A stretch of DNA of 44,079 nt from Bacteroidota bacterium (GTDB taxonomy: Bacteria; Bacteroidota; Ignavibacteria; Kapaibacteriales; Kapaibacteriaceae). Each line of letters opens with the position of its first letter. Position 1 is the first letter of the stretch. The notes beneath the pieces were generated by a model. That model searched no databases, had not been told where the DNA came from, and saw only the letters and a program-made list of their open reading frames with translations. The position numbers and the translations under genes were made by a program. Below, piece after piece: positions 29,401 through 36,830 of the stretch. The stretch is from assembly GCA_041157865.1 (NCBI GenBank), contig JBEBCJ010000174.1, forward strand, positions 1 through 44,079, in the 5' to 3' direction.

Positions 29401-30454
29401 TGGCACAGTGAATGCCAAGTACCTGATCTCGACAGGAATCCTTGATGATGACTTTGATACCGACAATGGCTATAGCGGTAAGGTACAATTTGCCGTAGCC
29501 CAGCGCTTCCGCACAGTAGCCGATGTGTCGACATCGCAGGTCTTTGAGTCGGACAATGACGCACAATCATCATACAACCAGCCACTAACTTCGGCTGTAT
29601 TCTCGAACGTCACAGGTATCGGTCCTGTCCAGGACACAAGCTGGACTCCAGGCTCGGGAGCAAATCAGTACAGCTCACGCTTTGGTGCTGCAGCGCAGAT
29701 TCGCCGAAACTCACGTCAGTCAATTCATAACTCCGTGTTTATTGGATGGCCACGTGGCTTCGAGTTTGCTCAAGTGCAGACATTGAATGCAGCCATGGCA
29801 GATAGCATCGAGATTCGTAACAACGCATGGTATGGTGTGAAGGGTGCTGTAATGACACTTGCCGGAGGAACACCTCCTGCAGGCATGGATATTAACTGGA
29901 TCGCAAAGCCGGCATACGGCAATGTGGTTGACAAATCGTCGCCAAACCTTGCGATGATCGAAAACGCCTTTGCAACAAATGCTGAATTCAATCCAGCGAT
30001 CAAGGAAATGTCTCCACTTGCTGCTGGTGCTGCATTCGCAGGTAAGTCAGAAGACTCGTTCTTCGAGCGCGTGGCTTTCCGTGGCGCGTTTGGCCTACAG
30101 CGTTGGGACGCAGAATGGTCGGAGTATGACCCTGTCAACAAGGAATACAAAGCCAAGTCTCCTGTGAGCGTAGACGAAGAGACACTTGTAGAAAGCGTCA
30201 TTGCTTCTGCCTATCCTAACCCTTCATTTACAGCATCCACAGTACGCTATGTTCTTGGTGAAGACGACGTCGTAAGCGTCCGCCTTGCAACTGCAACCGG
30301 AGAAGTTGTCTCCGCATTCTTTACCAATCAAGCACAGCGTGCCGGTACATACGAGTTTAACCTCGTTACCGCAGACCTTGCTTCTGGTATCTACTATCTG
30401 ACGATCACAGGCGTTCGTGGCACGGTAATCCTCCCAATATCCGTGGCACACTAA
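26447..30454 (+). CDS. 1335-aa T9SS cargo protein made of an internally duplicated unknown module (beta-helix-like) plus three small Ig-like domains
   Basis: Signal peptide ...LILILFTMVLIASAQ, with an alternative ATG at 26459. Two modules of about 440 aa each carry GDWGGILICGKAR and DDGFEWFGGTVN motifs. The T9SS CTD is AYPNPSFTASTVRYVL...VSVRL...AGTYEFNLVTADLASGIYYLTITG. The gene starts 22 bp after the TonB-dependent receptor stop. Confidence 0.85.
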   Translation: MENTMRRIHTLILILFTMVLIASAQNPSSVTLRFPNGGETFRPGSTQELRWDTAGTFRARWRFLFATSMTGPWTALTGPSNVLDSGATRGQSVPTSGGWRVPNVPTSSGYIKMELIADPTVFDINDNPFTIATPETIVPDSIITGEITRNIHLRATKIYGLQGYVYVNAGATLTIDPGTIIVGDVPGNNSALVINRGAKIVAQGTAENPIVFTSRAAAGQRARGDWGGILICGKARVNQPAGQAALEGGVADLTAGGKGWYGGTDDDDNSGILKYVRIEFAGIATQPNSELNSLTMGGVGRGTTIENVQVSYGNDDGFEWFGGTVNGRYLISYGILDDDFDCDNGFSGRVQFGLVKRFRTVADVSTSQAFEIDNDASGSFNAPRTQPLFSNFTVVGPLQDTSWTPGSGTNQYSSRYGAAAQIRRASRASIVNTVFVGWPRGFEIAQAPTMVAANNDSLLVRSNSWYGIKGATLTLASGTPPAGMDANWLAKAGFNNEVDKGNPNAAFLVNAWVTDGSFNARPLVVAPYLSTASFANGSATVSLADPYFQQVSYRGAFPADGPAWDAQWAEYDPINKEYRAQPLVRLTSPGSKTGEKFIQGEKITISWDTSGAAGNSYRFQFGASADGPWQDIPNASNVLDAGAGRGTLAGGFTAPNVVTKTGYVRMSLVNDPATFDISDNPIEIAAPVPKDPAVKLLEPGTNNKAFRVGQSVDISWDTTNTFRQRWRFEFGKSATGPWSTLPGLGNVLDSATRRGRIAGAVVFRPADLTQTGYIRMVLLSDTTKTDVNDNPFTISAPAPIVVDSILEGEITKNVKLSNTKIYGLKGYVYVNDGATLEVEKGTIVVGDEPGNNSALVINRGGKIIANGTAKDPIIFTSRAVPGQRARGDWGGILICGKARINQPAGQAALEGGVADQTPGGKGWYGGTDNEDNSGILKYVRIEFAGIATQPNSELNSLTMGGVGRGTTIENVQVSYGNDDGFEWFGGTVNAKYLISTGILDDDFDTDNGYSGKVQFAVAQRFRTVADVSTSQVFESDNDAQSSYNQPLTSAVFSNVTGIGPVQDTSWTPGSGANQYSSRFGAAAQIRRNSRQSIHNSVFIGWPRGFEFAQVQTLNAAMADSIEIRNNAWYGVKGAVMTLAGGTPPAGMDINWIAKPAYGNVVDKSSPNLAMIENAFATNAEFNPAIKEMSPLAAGAAFAGKSEDSFFERVAFRGAFGLQRWDAEWSEYDPVNKEYKAKSPVSVDEETLVESVIASAYPNPSFTASTVRYVLGEDDVVSVRLATATGEVVSAFFTNQAQRAGTYEFNLVTADLASGIYYLTITGVRGTVILPISVAH
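26855..28192 (+). repeat. Intragenic duplicated module, copy 1 (about 446 codons)
   Basis: IVPDSIITGEITRNIHL...EYDPINKEYRAQP aligns collinearly with copy 2, with an offset of about 1989 nt at the conserved core. Confidence 0.9.
28844..30163 (+). repeat. Intragenic duplicated module, copy 2 (about 440 codons)
   Basis: IVVDSILEGEITKNVKL...EYDPVNKEYKAKSP. It contains a 58-aa run identical to copy 1 (29240-29413 versus 27251-27424). Confidence 0.9.
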
Positions 30455-30480
30455 GAACACCGATCGTGAACCGAACACCT

Positions 30481-30515
30481 CAGCGGCCACCCATTCGGGT
30501 GGCCGCTGTTGGTTT
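30481..30515. terminator. Rho-independent-type terminator hairpin between convergent genes
   Basis: cagcggccaccc (30481-30492), loop attc, gggtggccgctg (30497-30508), giving a perfect 12-bp GC-rich stem. It is followed by ttggttt on the + strand and lies 27 nt after the stop of the 1335-aa gene. Confidence 0.8.
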
Positions 30516-30518
30516 AGA

Positions 30519-30629
30519 CTACTCTTTTGGACTTCGGCCAGTTAGGCGTCGTACAAGCCCCATAAAAAACGGCGAAAGCAGGATAAATCCCACGACGATG
30601 ATCGCGGCAATCATGAGAATTCTACGCAT
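30519..30629 (-). CDS. Possible 36-aa single-pass membrane peptide
   Basis: ATG at 30629 gives MRRILMIAAIIVVGFILLSPFFMGLVRRLTGRSPKE: a basic N-terminus, one hydrophobic helix and a basic tail. It ends 10 nt before the hairpin. Support is composition only. Confidence 0.3.
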   Translation of the reverse strand: MRRILMIAAIIVVGFILLSPFFMGLVRRLTGRSPKE

Positions 30630-30668
30630 GTGATGGTAAGATACACATGTATCTTTGACGCACGAACG

Positions 30669-32225
30669 ATGAGCAACCAGACTACCAATACCTCTGACCG
30701 GATAGCCGCGATTGACGTTGGCACAAACTCCTTTCACATGGTGATCGCCAGCGTGAGCGAACATGGAGTGATGCAGATACACGCACGCGACAAAGACATG
30801 GTGCGCCTAGGTTCATCGGCAACCGACATGAAGCGTCTTACCGAAGAAGCTATTGAACGGGGCGTGCAGACTCTTGCACGATTTGCTGAAGATGCACGCA
30901 GACATGATGCGTCGATCAGGGCCATAGCAACCAGTGCTGTTCGTGAAGCGCTCAATAAAGAGGAGTTCGTTCGCAGGGCCTATGAGGTTGCAGGAATCCA
31001 TGTAGATGTGATCCCAGGTATTGAAGAAGGTAGATTGATCTACGTTGGTGTTATACATGCGCTGTCACTTCGTAATGACCGCATCTTTGTTATCGACATC
31101 GGAGGTGGGTCTACCGAGACTGTCATTGGGCAGGCGGGCGAGCCCCTTGCCATAGACTCTGCAAAACTTGGTCACCTGCGACTCACAAAAAGGTTCTTCG
31201 GCACGCCGTCTATTACCGATGAGCAGATCGTACAATGCAGAGAGCTTATTCGTGGTGAGTGGGCCACGGTGTTCCAATCACACAGGCAGCTGGGCTTTGA
31301 TCATGCTGTAGGCTGTTCGGGAACAATTACGGCAATAGCATCGATGGTTGCCGCCCGCCGCGGACGTATACCTGAGGGATACAACGGCTACGTGATGAGC
31401 CGACACGAGATTCTATCAGTGATTGACGCAGTGGTTGATGCGCGGACGGTTGCCCAGAGATTGCTGATACCGGGCATGGACCCCAAGCGGGCCGACGTGA
31501 TAGTTGCCGGCGCACTGATTGTAGAACAGGCTGTTCGTGGACTTGGCATTCAGGAGTTAACGGTATCGGGATATGCACTGCGCGAGGGTATCGTATTTGA
31601 TACGGTACAGCAGCAGCGTGAGATGGGGCTACGGCACCACCTTACACCGTTACGCTATCAGAGTGTGCAGCACGTATGCGACCTCTACCGTGTGCGTAGA
31701 CGGCACGCCGAACACGTTAAGACACTCAGTGTACAGTTATTTGACCAACTTATCCCTCTGCATGGCATGGGGGATCGAGAGCGAGAGCTACTCGAGGCAG
31801 CAGCTCTGCTCCACGATGTTGGCTACCACATATCTGCAGATCAGCATCATAAACACAGCGAGTACATCATCCGTAATTCGGCCATGCCCGGTTTTACCAG
31901 TAATGAAACCGAATTGATAGCATCCATTGCCAGGTATCACAGGAAGAGCCACCCCAAAAAGAAACATACCGCCTTTGCGATGATGTCAGAAGAAGAACAG
32001 CGTATAGTTCTTGTGCTATCCTCAATACTGCGGATTGCAGAAGGCTTGGATAGACGCCAGCAAGCTGTCGTGCGTGAGCTCCTGGTTACCCTGGACCAGT
32101 CTGAATTATTGATCGGACTCAAGACCTCTGCTGTTGTTCCTGACATCGAGCTTTGGGGCGCCGAACGGCGAAAGGAGCTGCTTGAGGAAACATTTGGACG
32201 CAAACTGCGGTTGTTCCTCTGCTAG
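30669..32225 (+). CDS. ppx: Exopolyphosphatase / guanosine pentaphosphate phosphohydrolase (Ppx/GppA) with a C-terminal HD domain
   Basis: IAAIDVGTNSFHMVIA, VIDIGGGSTE and GCSGT are ASKHA motifs. LLHDVGYHIS...HHKHSEYII is the HD domain. I chose the ATG at 30669 (MSNQ...) over the upstream GTG at 30630. Confidence 0.9.
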   Translation: MSNQTTNTSDRIAAIDVGTNSFHMVIASVSEHGVMQIHARDKDMVRLGSSATDMKRLTEEAIERGVQTLARFAEDARRHDASIRAIATSAVREALNKEEFVRRAYEVAGIHVDVIPGIEEGRLIYVGVIHALSLRNDRIFVIDIGGGSTETVIGQAGEPLAIDSAKLGHLRLTKRFFGTPSITDEQIVQCRELIRGEWATVFQSHRQLGFDHAVGCSGTITAIASMVAARRGRIPEGYNGYVMSRHEILSVIDAVVDARTVAQRLLIPGMDPKRADVIVAGALIVEQAVRGLGIQELTVSGYALREGIVFDTVQQQREMGLRHHLTPLRYQSVQHVCDLYRVRRRHAEHVKTLSVQLFDQLIPLHGMGDRERELLEAAALLHDVGYHISADQHHKHSEYIIRNSAMPGFTSNETELIASIARYHRKSHPKKKHTAFAMMSEEEQRIVLVLSSILRIAEGLDRRQQAVVRELLVTLDQSELLIGLKTSAVVPDIELWGAERRKELLEETFGRKLRLFLC

Positions 32226-32297
32226 TGCACCAAAGCAATAGACCGAATTTTTCTTCGTCAGATACAGGCACAGTTTGTTCTACAGGAGTTGTACTAC

Positions 32298-33860
32298 ATG
32301 TCTCGACGATCTCTTTTCACAGCGATCTCCCTTATCGGTATAGGGGTAGTCGTGGGGGTCATCCTGATGACCTCGATTTCATCAAATGCTCTCGAGCAGC
32401 TCTTTGCGAGTGACGTAACATTGGGCGCCGGCAATCCACCGGCACCTGCGCCGCCCGCAGTAAAGTTGCTGAACGACCAGTTTGCGAACGTTGCTTCTGC
32501 AGTAACGCAATCAGTGGTCTCGATCTCGGTGAAGATCGATCAAAAGAAGTCAAATCCCGGACTTGAAGGCATGGAAGAGTTCTTCCGTCGCTTCGGGCCG
32601 TTTATGTCTCCCGATGGTAACGGACAAGACGAGCAAATGCCGGAGCGTGATGCAAGTGGTTCGGGGGTAATCCTGACGGCCGATGGATACGTGGTTACGA
32701 ACAATCACGTTGTTGAGTCGGCAAAGGAAGGTGGAATAACAGTAACCACAACTGACAACAAGGAATACAAGGCACGTTTAGTCGGGCGCGATCCGCTTAC
32801 AGACTTGGCCGTACTCAAGATCGACGGACGGTTTGCTCCGGCCCACCTGGCCCAGCGTTCGGACATACGAATAGGCGAGTGGGTAGTCGCGGTTGGTAGC
32901 CCATTGGGCCTTCAATCAACGGTAACAACAGGAATCATATCTGCCCTCGGTCGTGGAATTGGCATAGTAGGCACCAATGAGCTTACAAACGAACGTAATC
33001 GATATGCGATCGAAAACTTCATTCAAACAGATGCGGCCATTAACCCTGGGAATTCTGGAGGGGGCTTATTCAACCTTAACGGAAGCCTCATTGGTATCAA
33101 TACTGCGATAGCTTCCCGTTCGGGCGTCAACGCTGGTTATGGATTTGCGATCCCCGTTGATATGATGCGCAGCGTGGTTCTTGATATCATCGATGACGGC
33201 AAAATCGAGCGCGGATATATAGGGGTCGAGATCACCAGTGTTGACGAAGCATCAGCCAAGGCTGTTGGACTGCCCAAGGTAGCCGGTGTGAATGTGAACA
33301 AAGTGGTTAAGGGCGGGGCTGCAGAGGCAGCCGGCATTGAAGCTGGGGATGTGATCCTTGATGTAGACGGAAGATCTGTAAAGAGCTCGAATGAGTTGCA
33401 GAGCGAGATCGTGCTCCGCAGGGCGGGCGACAAGGTAAACCTCAAAATCTGGCGCGATGGGCGAGAGATTACCAAGACTGTTCGCCTGAAAGCACCAAAT
33501 GATAATGATGTAGCTGCAAATGACGCACGATCAGGCGATGAAGAAGCCTTCGACGCAAATGAGCCCGTTGCCTTTAAGGACCTCGGCTTTTCTGTTACGC
33601 CCCTTTCAGGTGACCAAAAGTCATCCTTTGGTGTAAGTCAGGGTGTGTTCGTTACTAAGGTAGAACGATCTGGACGCATGGCATATCGTGGTTTGCGTTC
33701 GAACACGGTGATCCTCAAGGCCGATGGTAAAGAGATTACATCACCGTCGCAACTGCGCAAGATCATCTCGGCTAAGAGTCCGGGCGATGGAGTGATGTTT
33801 GTTGTCAAGAACGGCGATGGATCAAAGCAGGCCATATCAGTTCAGATGCCCGAATCATGA
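32298..33860 (+). CDS. htrA: HtrA/DegP-family periplasmic serine protease with two PDZ domains
   Basis: Catalytic triad contexts TNNHVV (His), DLAVLKI (Asp) and GNSGGGLFN (Ser), followed by two PDZ-like segments (GVNVNKVVKGGAAEAAGIEAGDVILDVDG..., GVFVTKVERSGRMAYRGLRSNTVILKADG...). The ATG at 32298 is preceded by AGGAG at 32284-32288. Confidence 0.9.
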   Translation: MSRRSLFTAISLIGIGVVVGVILMTSISSNALEQLFASDVTLGAGNPPAPAPPAVKLLNDQFANVASAVTQSVVSISVKIDQKKSNPGLEGMEEFFRRFGPFMSPDGNGQDEQMPERDASGSGVILTADGYVVTNNHVVESAKEGGITVTTTDNKEYKARLVGRDPLTDLAVLKIDGRFAPAHLAQRSDIRIGEWVVAVGSPLGLQSTVTTGIISALGRGIGIVGTNELTNERNRYAIENFIQTDAAINPGNSGGGLFNLNGSLIGINTAIASRSGVNAGYGFAIPVDMMRSVVLDIIDDGKIERGYIGVEITSVDEASAKAVGLPKVAGVNVNKVVKGGAAEAAGIEAGDVILDVDGRSVKSSNELQSEIVLRRAGDKVNLKIWRDGREITKTVRLKAPNDNDVAANDARSGDEEAFDANEPVAFKDLGFSVTPLSGDQKSSFGVSQGVFVTKVERSGRMAYRGLRSNTVILKADGKEITSPSQLRKIISAKSPGDGVMFVVKNGDGSKQAISVQMPES

Positions 33861-33880
33861 TTCGGCTGTAAATTCGGTCT

Positions 33881-34624
33881 ATGAATACCACTTCGAAATT
33901 CCTAAGCGTCGTTATCATGTTGGTGGTAGCGACGCTTTGTTCTTACGGCCAGGCCATGTTCTTTGGTCCGATGGTCACAACAACAATGAGCACCGCCGTT
34001 TCCACTGATGTGGCAGCCTACGGAACGCCCACACGCTATTCTGCCGGCGTGCAGTTTGCCCGCAGAACTTCCACAGCGGCAGAGTACATGATTACCCTGC
34101 ATCATCGCATTGAGAATGGCGGGTATGTAACGGAGTATACAAAGCCATCGGGTGGCTTGGTTGGCAAGCTTAACGTTGTTGACGTTCCCGGAGCGAGTCC
34201 GGTTATCATTACCACGCTCGAATCCACCTCTATTGAGGCTGGTGCAGGGATACGTTTCCCCGTGCTCGACCTCGATACGATAGGTACACGCATGCTGTTC
34301 CAGTTTGGCATCAACGTGGATCGTATACTTTCGCTGACGCAGGTGGCAGACTATTCACGAATCCCCGAGGCAGACAGGGGGAGTAATCCACTGCAGTCTA
34401 CCGTTATGTTTGATGGTCAAACAGGGTTTGGTGGACAGTTTGGTGTAGCATTATCCGCCCCGGCTGGCGACGGACGATTTGTGATTGAGCTTACGTACAA
34501 TGTACGACAGCCCGTAACGATCGCCTTTCCTGTAGGAACCATAAGTGGCGCCTCAGAACAGAACATTGGATGGCTCGTTGGCAGAGGCCTCCGCCTTGGT
34601 GCCTCATACCAGTTCAAAATGTAG
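33881..34624 (+). CDS. Hypothetical outer-membrane beta-barrel-like protein (247 aa)
   Basis: Signal peptide MNTTSKFLSVVIMLVVATLCSYGQA, alternating beta-strand-like pattern, and a C-terminal ...GLRLGASYQFKM. It lies 20 nt downstream of htrA. Confidence 0.55.
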   Translation: MNTTSKFLSVVIMLVVATLCSYGQAMFFGPMVTTTMSTAVSTDVAAYGTPTRYSAGVQFARRTSTAAEYMITLHHRIENGGYVTEYTKPSGGLVGKLNVVDVPGASPVIITTLESTSIEAGAGIRFPVLDLDTIGTRMLFQFGINVDRILSLTQVADYSRIPEADRGSNPLQSTVMFDGQTGFGGQFGVALSAPAGDGRFVIELTYNVRQPVTIAFPVGTISGASEQNIGWLVGRGLRLGASYQFKM

Positions 34625-34631
34625 GGGGCTT

Positions 34632-36830
34632 CTATATCGCGATATGTGCGCCAAGCTCCAGCGTCCGCTTCGTCGGAATACCGAAGTATGATGCCGGTGT
34701 GCGCGAGTTGCGATGCAGGAACACAAAGATCTCCTTGCGCCACTTTGCCATGCTCTTGCCATCCCGAATCGAGATCGTCTCGTGACCAAGAACAAAAATC
34801 GCGTCCGTTACGTCTACCATCACATCGAGCTCAGGTAGAAACTTTAGATCGGCCATGATATCAAGCTGATCCATAAAGCCGTAGCGCACATTGACTGTGT
34901 AGATGCTTGTGTGCCCCTTTATCTCTTTGACGTCGTACCGTGCGCGTGGATCGCCCACGCCGCGCTCTCGGGCATTTGCAGTAATCTCTACCGAGAGAAA
35001 CACCAAACACTCGTGTCGAACTCTGTTGTAGGTTAGGTTGCTCACAAGCGCTCTTGGTGCATTACCTATTGTTTGCGTCATATAGATCGCAGTACCTGCA
35101 ACATGCTCGTGCCACCTGTTGGGCTCGTTAAGCACATCAGTAAGGGGCTTGCTGGTCCGCTCGATGGCTTGCTGCAGAAGCCTTCTGCCTGTGTGCCATG
35201 TTACCATGACCATAAATACGACGCATGCAAGAACGATTGGTACATATCCACCATGGAAGAACTTGAGTCCGTTTGCCGAAACAAATGCAACATCGATAAC
35301 AAGGAACAATATGCTGGCTGATGTTGCTGTAAGCTGACTCCAGCCGAGGATGTTTCTCATTGCCGACCATGCTAAGACGGTGGTAATGACCATTGTTGAT
35401 GTAACGGCGATACCATATGCTGCTGCAAGGGCGCCTGATGACGAAAACGTAACAACAAGCATAACGCATAGGATGAAGAGCAGCCAATTGATCGTTGGGA
35501 TATAGATCTGTCCGCGCTCTTCGCTCGAGGTATGCATAACCTTCAAACGCGGGATGTAACCAAGCTGCAGTGCCTGCCATGTAAGAGAGAATGCGCCGGA
35601 GATCACAGCTTGTGAGGCAATGATGGTCGCTCCAGTTGAGATGATGACTAAGGGCAGAACGCCCCAGGACGGTACCATGTGGAAGAACGGGTTTGCTACT
35701 GTTGCAGGGTTCGAGCCCTCGCGCAGCAGCAGAGCCCCTTGTCCGAAGTATTGAAGAAGCAACGCAGGATAGGCAAAGTAGAACCAGCCGCGCATGATCG
35801 GCGTGCGGCCGAAATGTCCCATGTCTGCATAGAGGGCCTCGCCACCGGTAACAACAAGGAACACGCTGCCGAGAACAGCAAAGCCAAGGAATCCATGTTG
35901 TACGAAGAATGTAAGACCATAGTATGGGTTGATAGCCCATAAAATATCCGGCGTCTGGCTGATGCTTACTACACCGAGTATGGCAAGTAAGCTAAACCAT
36001 CCCATCATGAACGGACCAAAGATCTTGCCAACACTGGCAGTTCCGTACTTCTGAATAAAGAACAGTCCAAACAGGATCACCAGCGTGATCGGCACGATGA
36101 AAGGATTTGAGTTTGGTGTGTCGATAATCTTTGTTTCTTCTTCTCCGCTTCGGTTGATAACGGTAAACGTTAGATCGTCTCCGCGATTTGAAGAAATAAT
36201 GCGTGTTAGCGAGTCTGGAGCATAGATGTCTTTACCATTGCATTTCACAATGAGCATGCCTTTGTGCATCTCATTCTCGGCCATCTTGCCCTCTGGGTCG
36301 ATGCTGTCAATCAACACGCCATAGGTGTATCCATAGGCCGAGAGTTGATTAGCTGTAGGGGTCGTGGTCTGATACCCGAGGTCGTTCGACGGAGCCGCAA
36401 CGGTAAGTCCCTCGATTGCGGAAAGCACCGAAATGGCCGGAGTGATCACCCCATCGCCATAGAGCAGTGCAGAACCGAATAGACCCATCACGATGATGGC
36501 TGTGCGTCTGATCAACTTGCTCTTGAACTTGGCTACAAGCTCCATCAGCGCCAGAATGCCGCCTTCGCCCTTGTTGCCGAAGCGCATAATGATGGCGAGG
36601 TACTTTACACCGATGATCAGTGTTAGTGACCAGAAGATCAATGAAAGAATTCCCTTGACCTCCAACTCGCCGTGCGGCAGCCCATAATGGGGAGAGAAAC
36701 ATTCTTTGAGGGCGTACAGGGGGCTTGTACCGATATCACCGAAGACAACGCCAACCGCTGCAACGGTAAGTGCCATCAGGCGCGACTTTGAGGTGGTGTT
36801 TGCGCCTGAATCAGCATGTGCTTGGTCCAT
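34632..36830 (-). CDS. kup: KUP-family potassium transporter carrying an inserted PDZ-like domain
   Basis: VGVVFGDIGTSPLYALKEC, GEGGILALM, GDGVITPAISVLSAIEGL, ITGGEALYADMGHFG, IASQAVISGAFSLT and AAAYGIAVT are collinear with E. coli Kup. I placed the start at the ATG at 36830 (MDQAHADSG...); the track ORF extends to 36944. Confidence 0.9.
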   Translation of the reverse strand: MDQAHADSGANTTSKSRLMALTVAAVGVVFGDIGTSPLYALKECFSPHYGLPHGELEVKGILSLIFWSLTLIIGVKYLAIIMRFGNKGEGGILALMELVAKFKSKLIRRTAIIVMGLFGSALLYGDGVITPAISVLSAIEGLTVAAPSNDLGYQTTTPTANQLSAYGYTYGVLIDSIDPEGKMAENEMHKGMLIVKCNGKDIYAPDSLTRIISSNRGDDLTFTVINRSGEEETKIIDTPNSNPFIVPITLVILFGLFFIQKYGTASVGKIFGPFMMGWFSLLAILGVVSISQTPDILWAINPYYGLTFFVQHGFLGFAVLGSVFLVVTGGEALYADMGHFGRTPIMRGWFYFAYPALLLQYFGQGALLLREGSNPATVANPFFHMVPSWGVLPLVIISTGATIIASQAVISGAFSLTWQALQLGYIPRLKVMHTSSEERGQIYIPTINWLLFILCVMLVVTFSSSGALAAAYGIAVTSTMVITTVLAWSAMRNILGWSQLTATSASILFLVIDVAFVSANGLKFFHGGYVPIVLACVVFMVMVTWHTGRRLLQQAIERTSKPLTDVLNEPNRWHEHVAGTAIYMTQTIGNAPRALVSNLTYNRVRHECLVFLSVEITANARERGVGDPRARYDVKEIKGHTSIYTVNVRYGFMDQLDIMADLKFLPELDVMVDVTDAIFVLGHETISIRDGKSMAKWRKEIFVFLHRNSRTPASYFGIPTKRTLELGAHIAI
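36102..36389 (-). other. In-frame insertion of about 96 codons encoding a PDZ-like domain inside kup
   Basis: The insertion lies between AIEGLTVAAP and FIVPITLVILFGLFFIQKYGT. In E. coli Kup these two segments are separated by only QLDTW. The insert contains GVLIDSIDPEGKMAENEMHKGMLIVKCNGKDIYAPDSLTRIISSNRGDDLTFTVINRSGEEETKII. Confidence 0.7.

Noticed and set aside
34634-34645. 12-nt palindrome atatcgcgatat at the convergent junction of the beta-barrel-like gene and kup
   Set aside because: It lies within the last codons of kup, is short and AT-rich at the ends, and has no loop. It is most likely coincidental.
35137-35940. 267-aa minus-strand ORF in an alternative frame inside kup
   Set aside because: It lies on the same strand as kup but in another frame, while the kup frame carries conserved KUP motifs across this span. 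The alternative product is Arg/Cys/Trp-rich with no motif.
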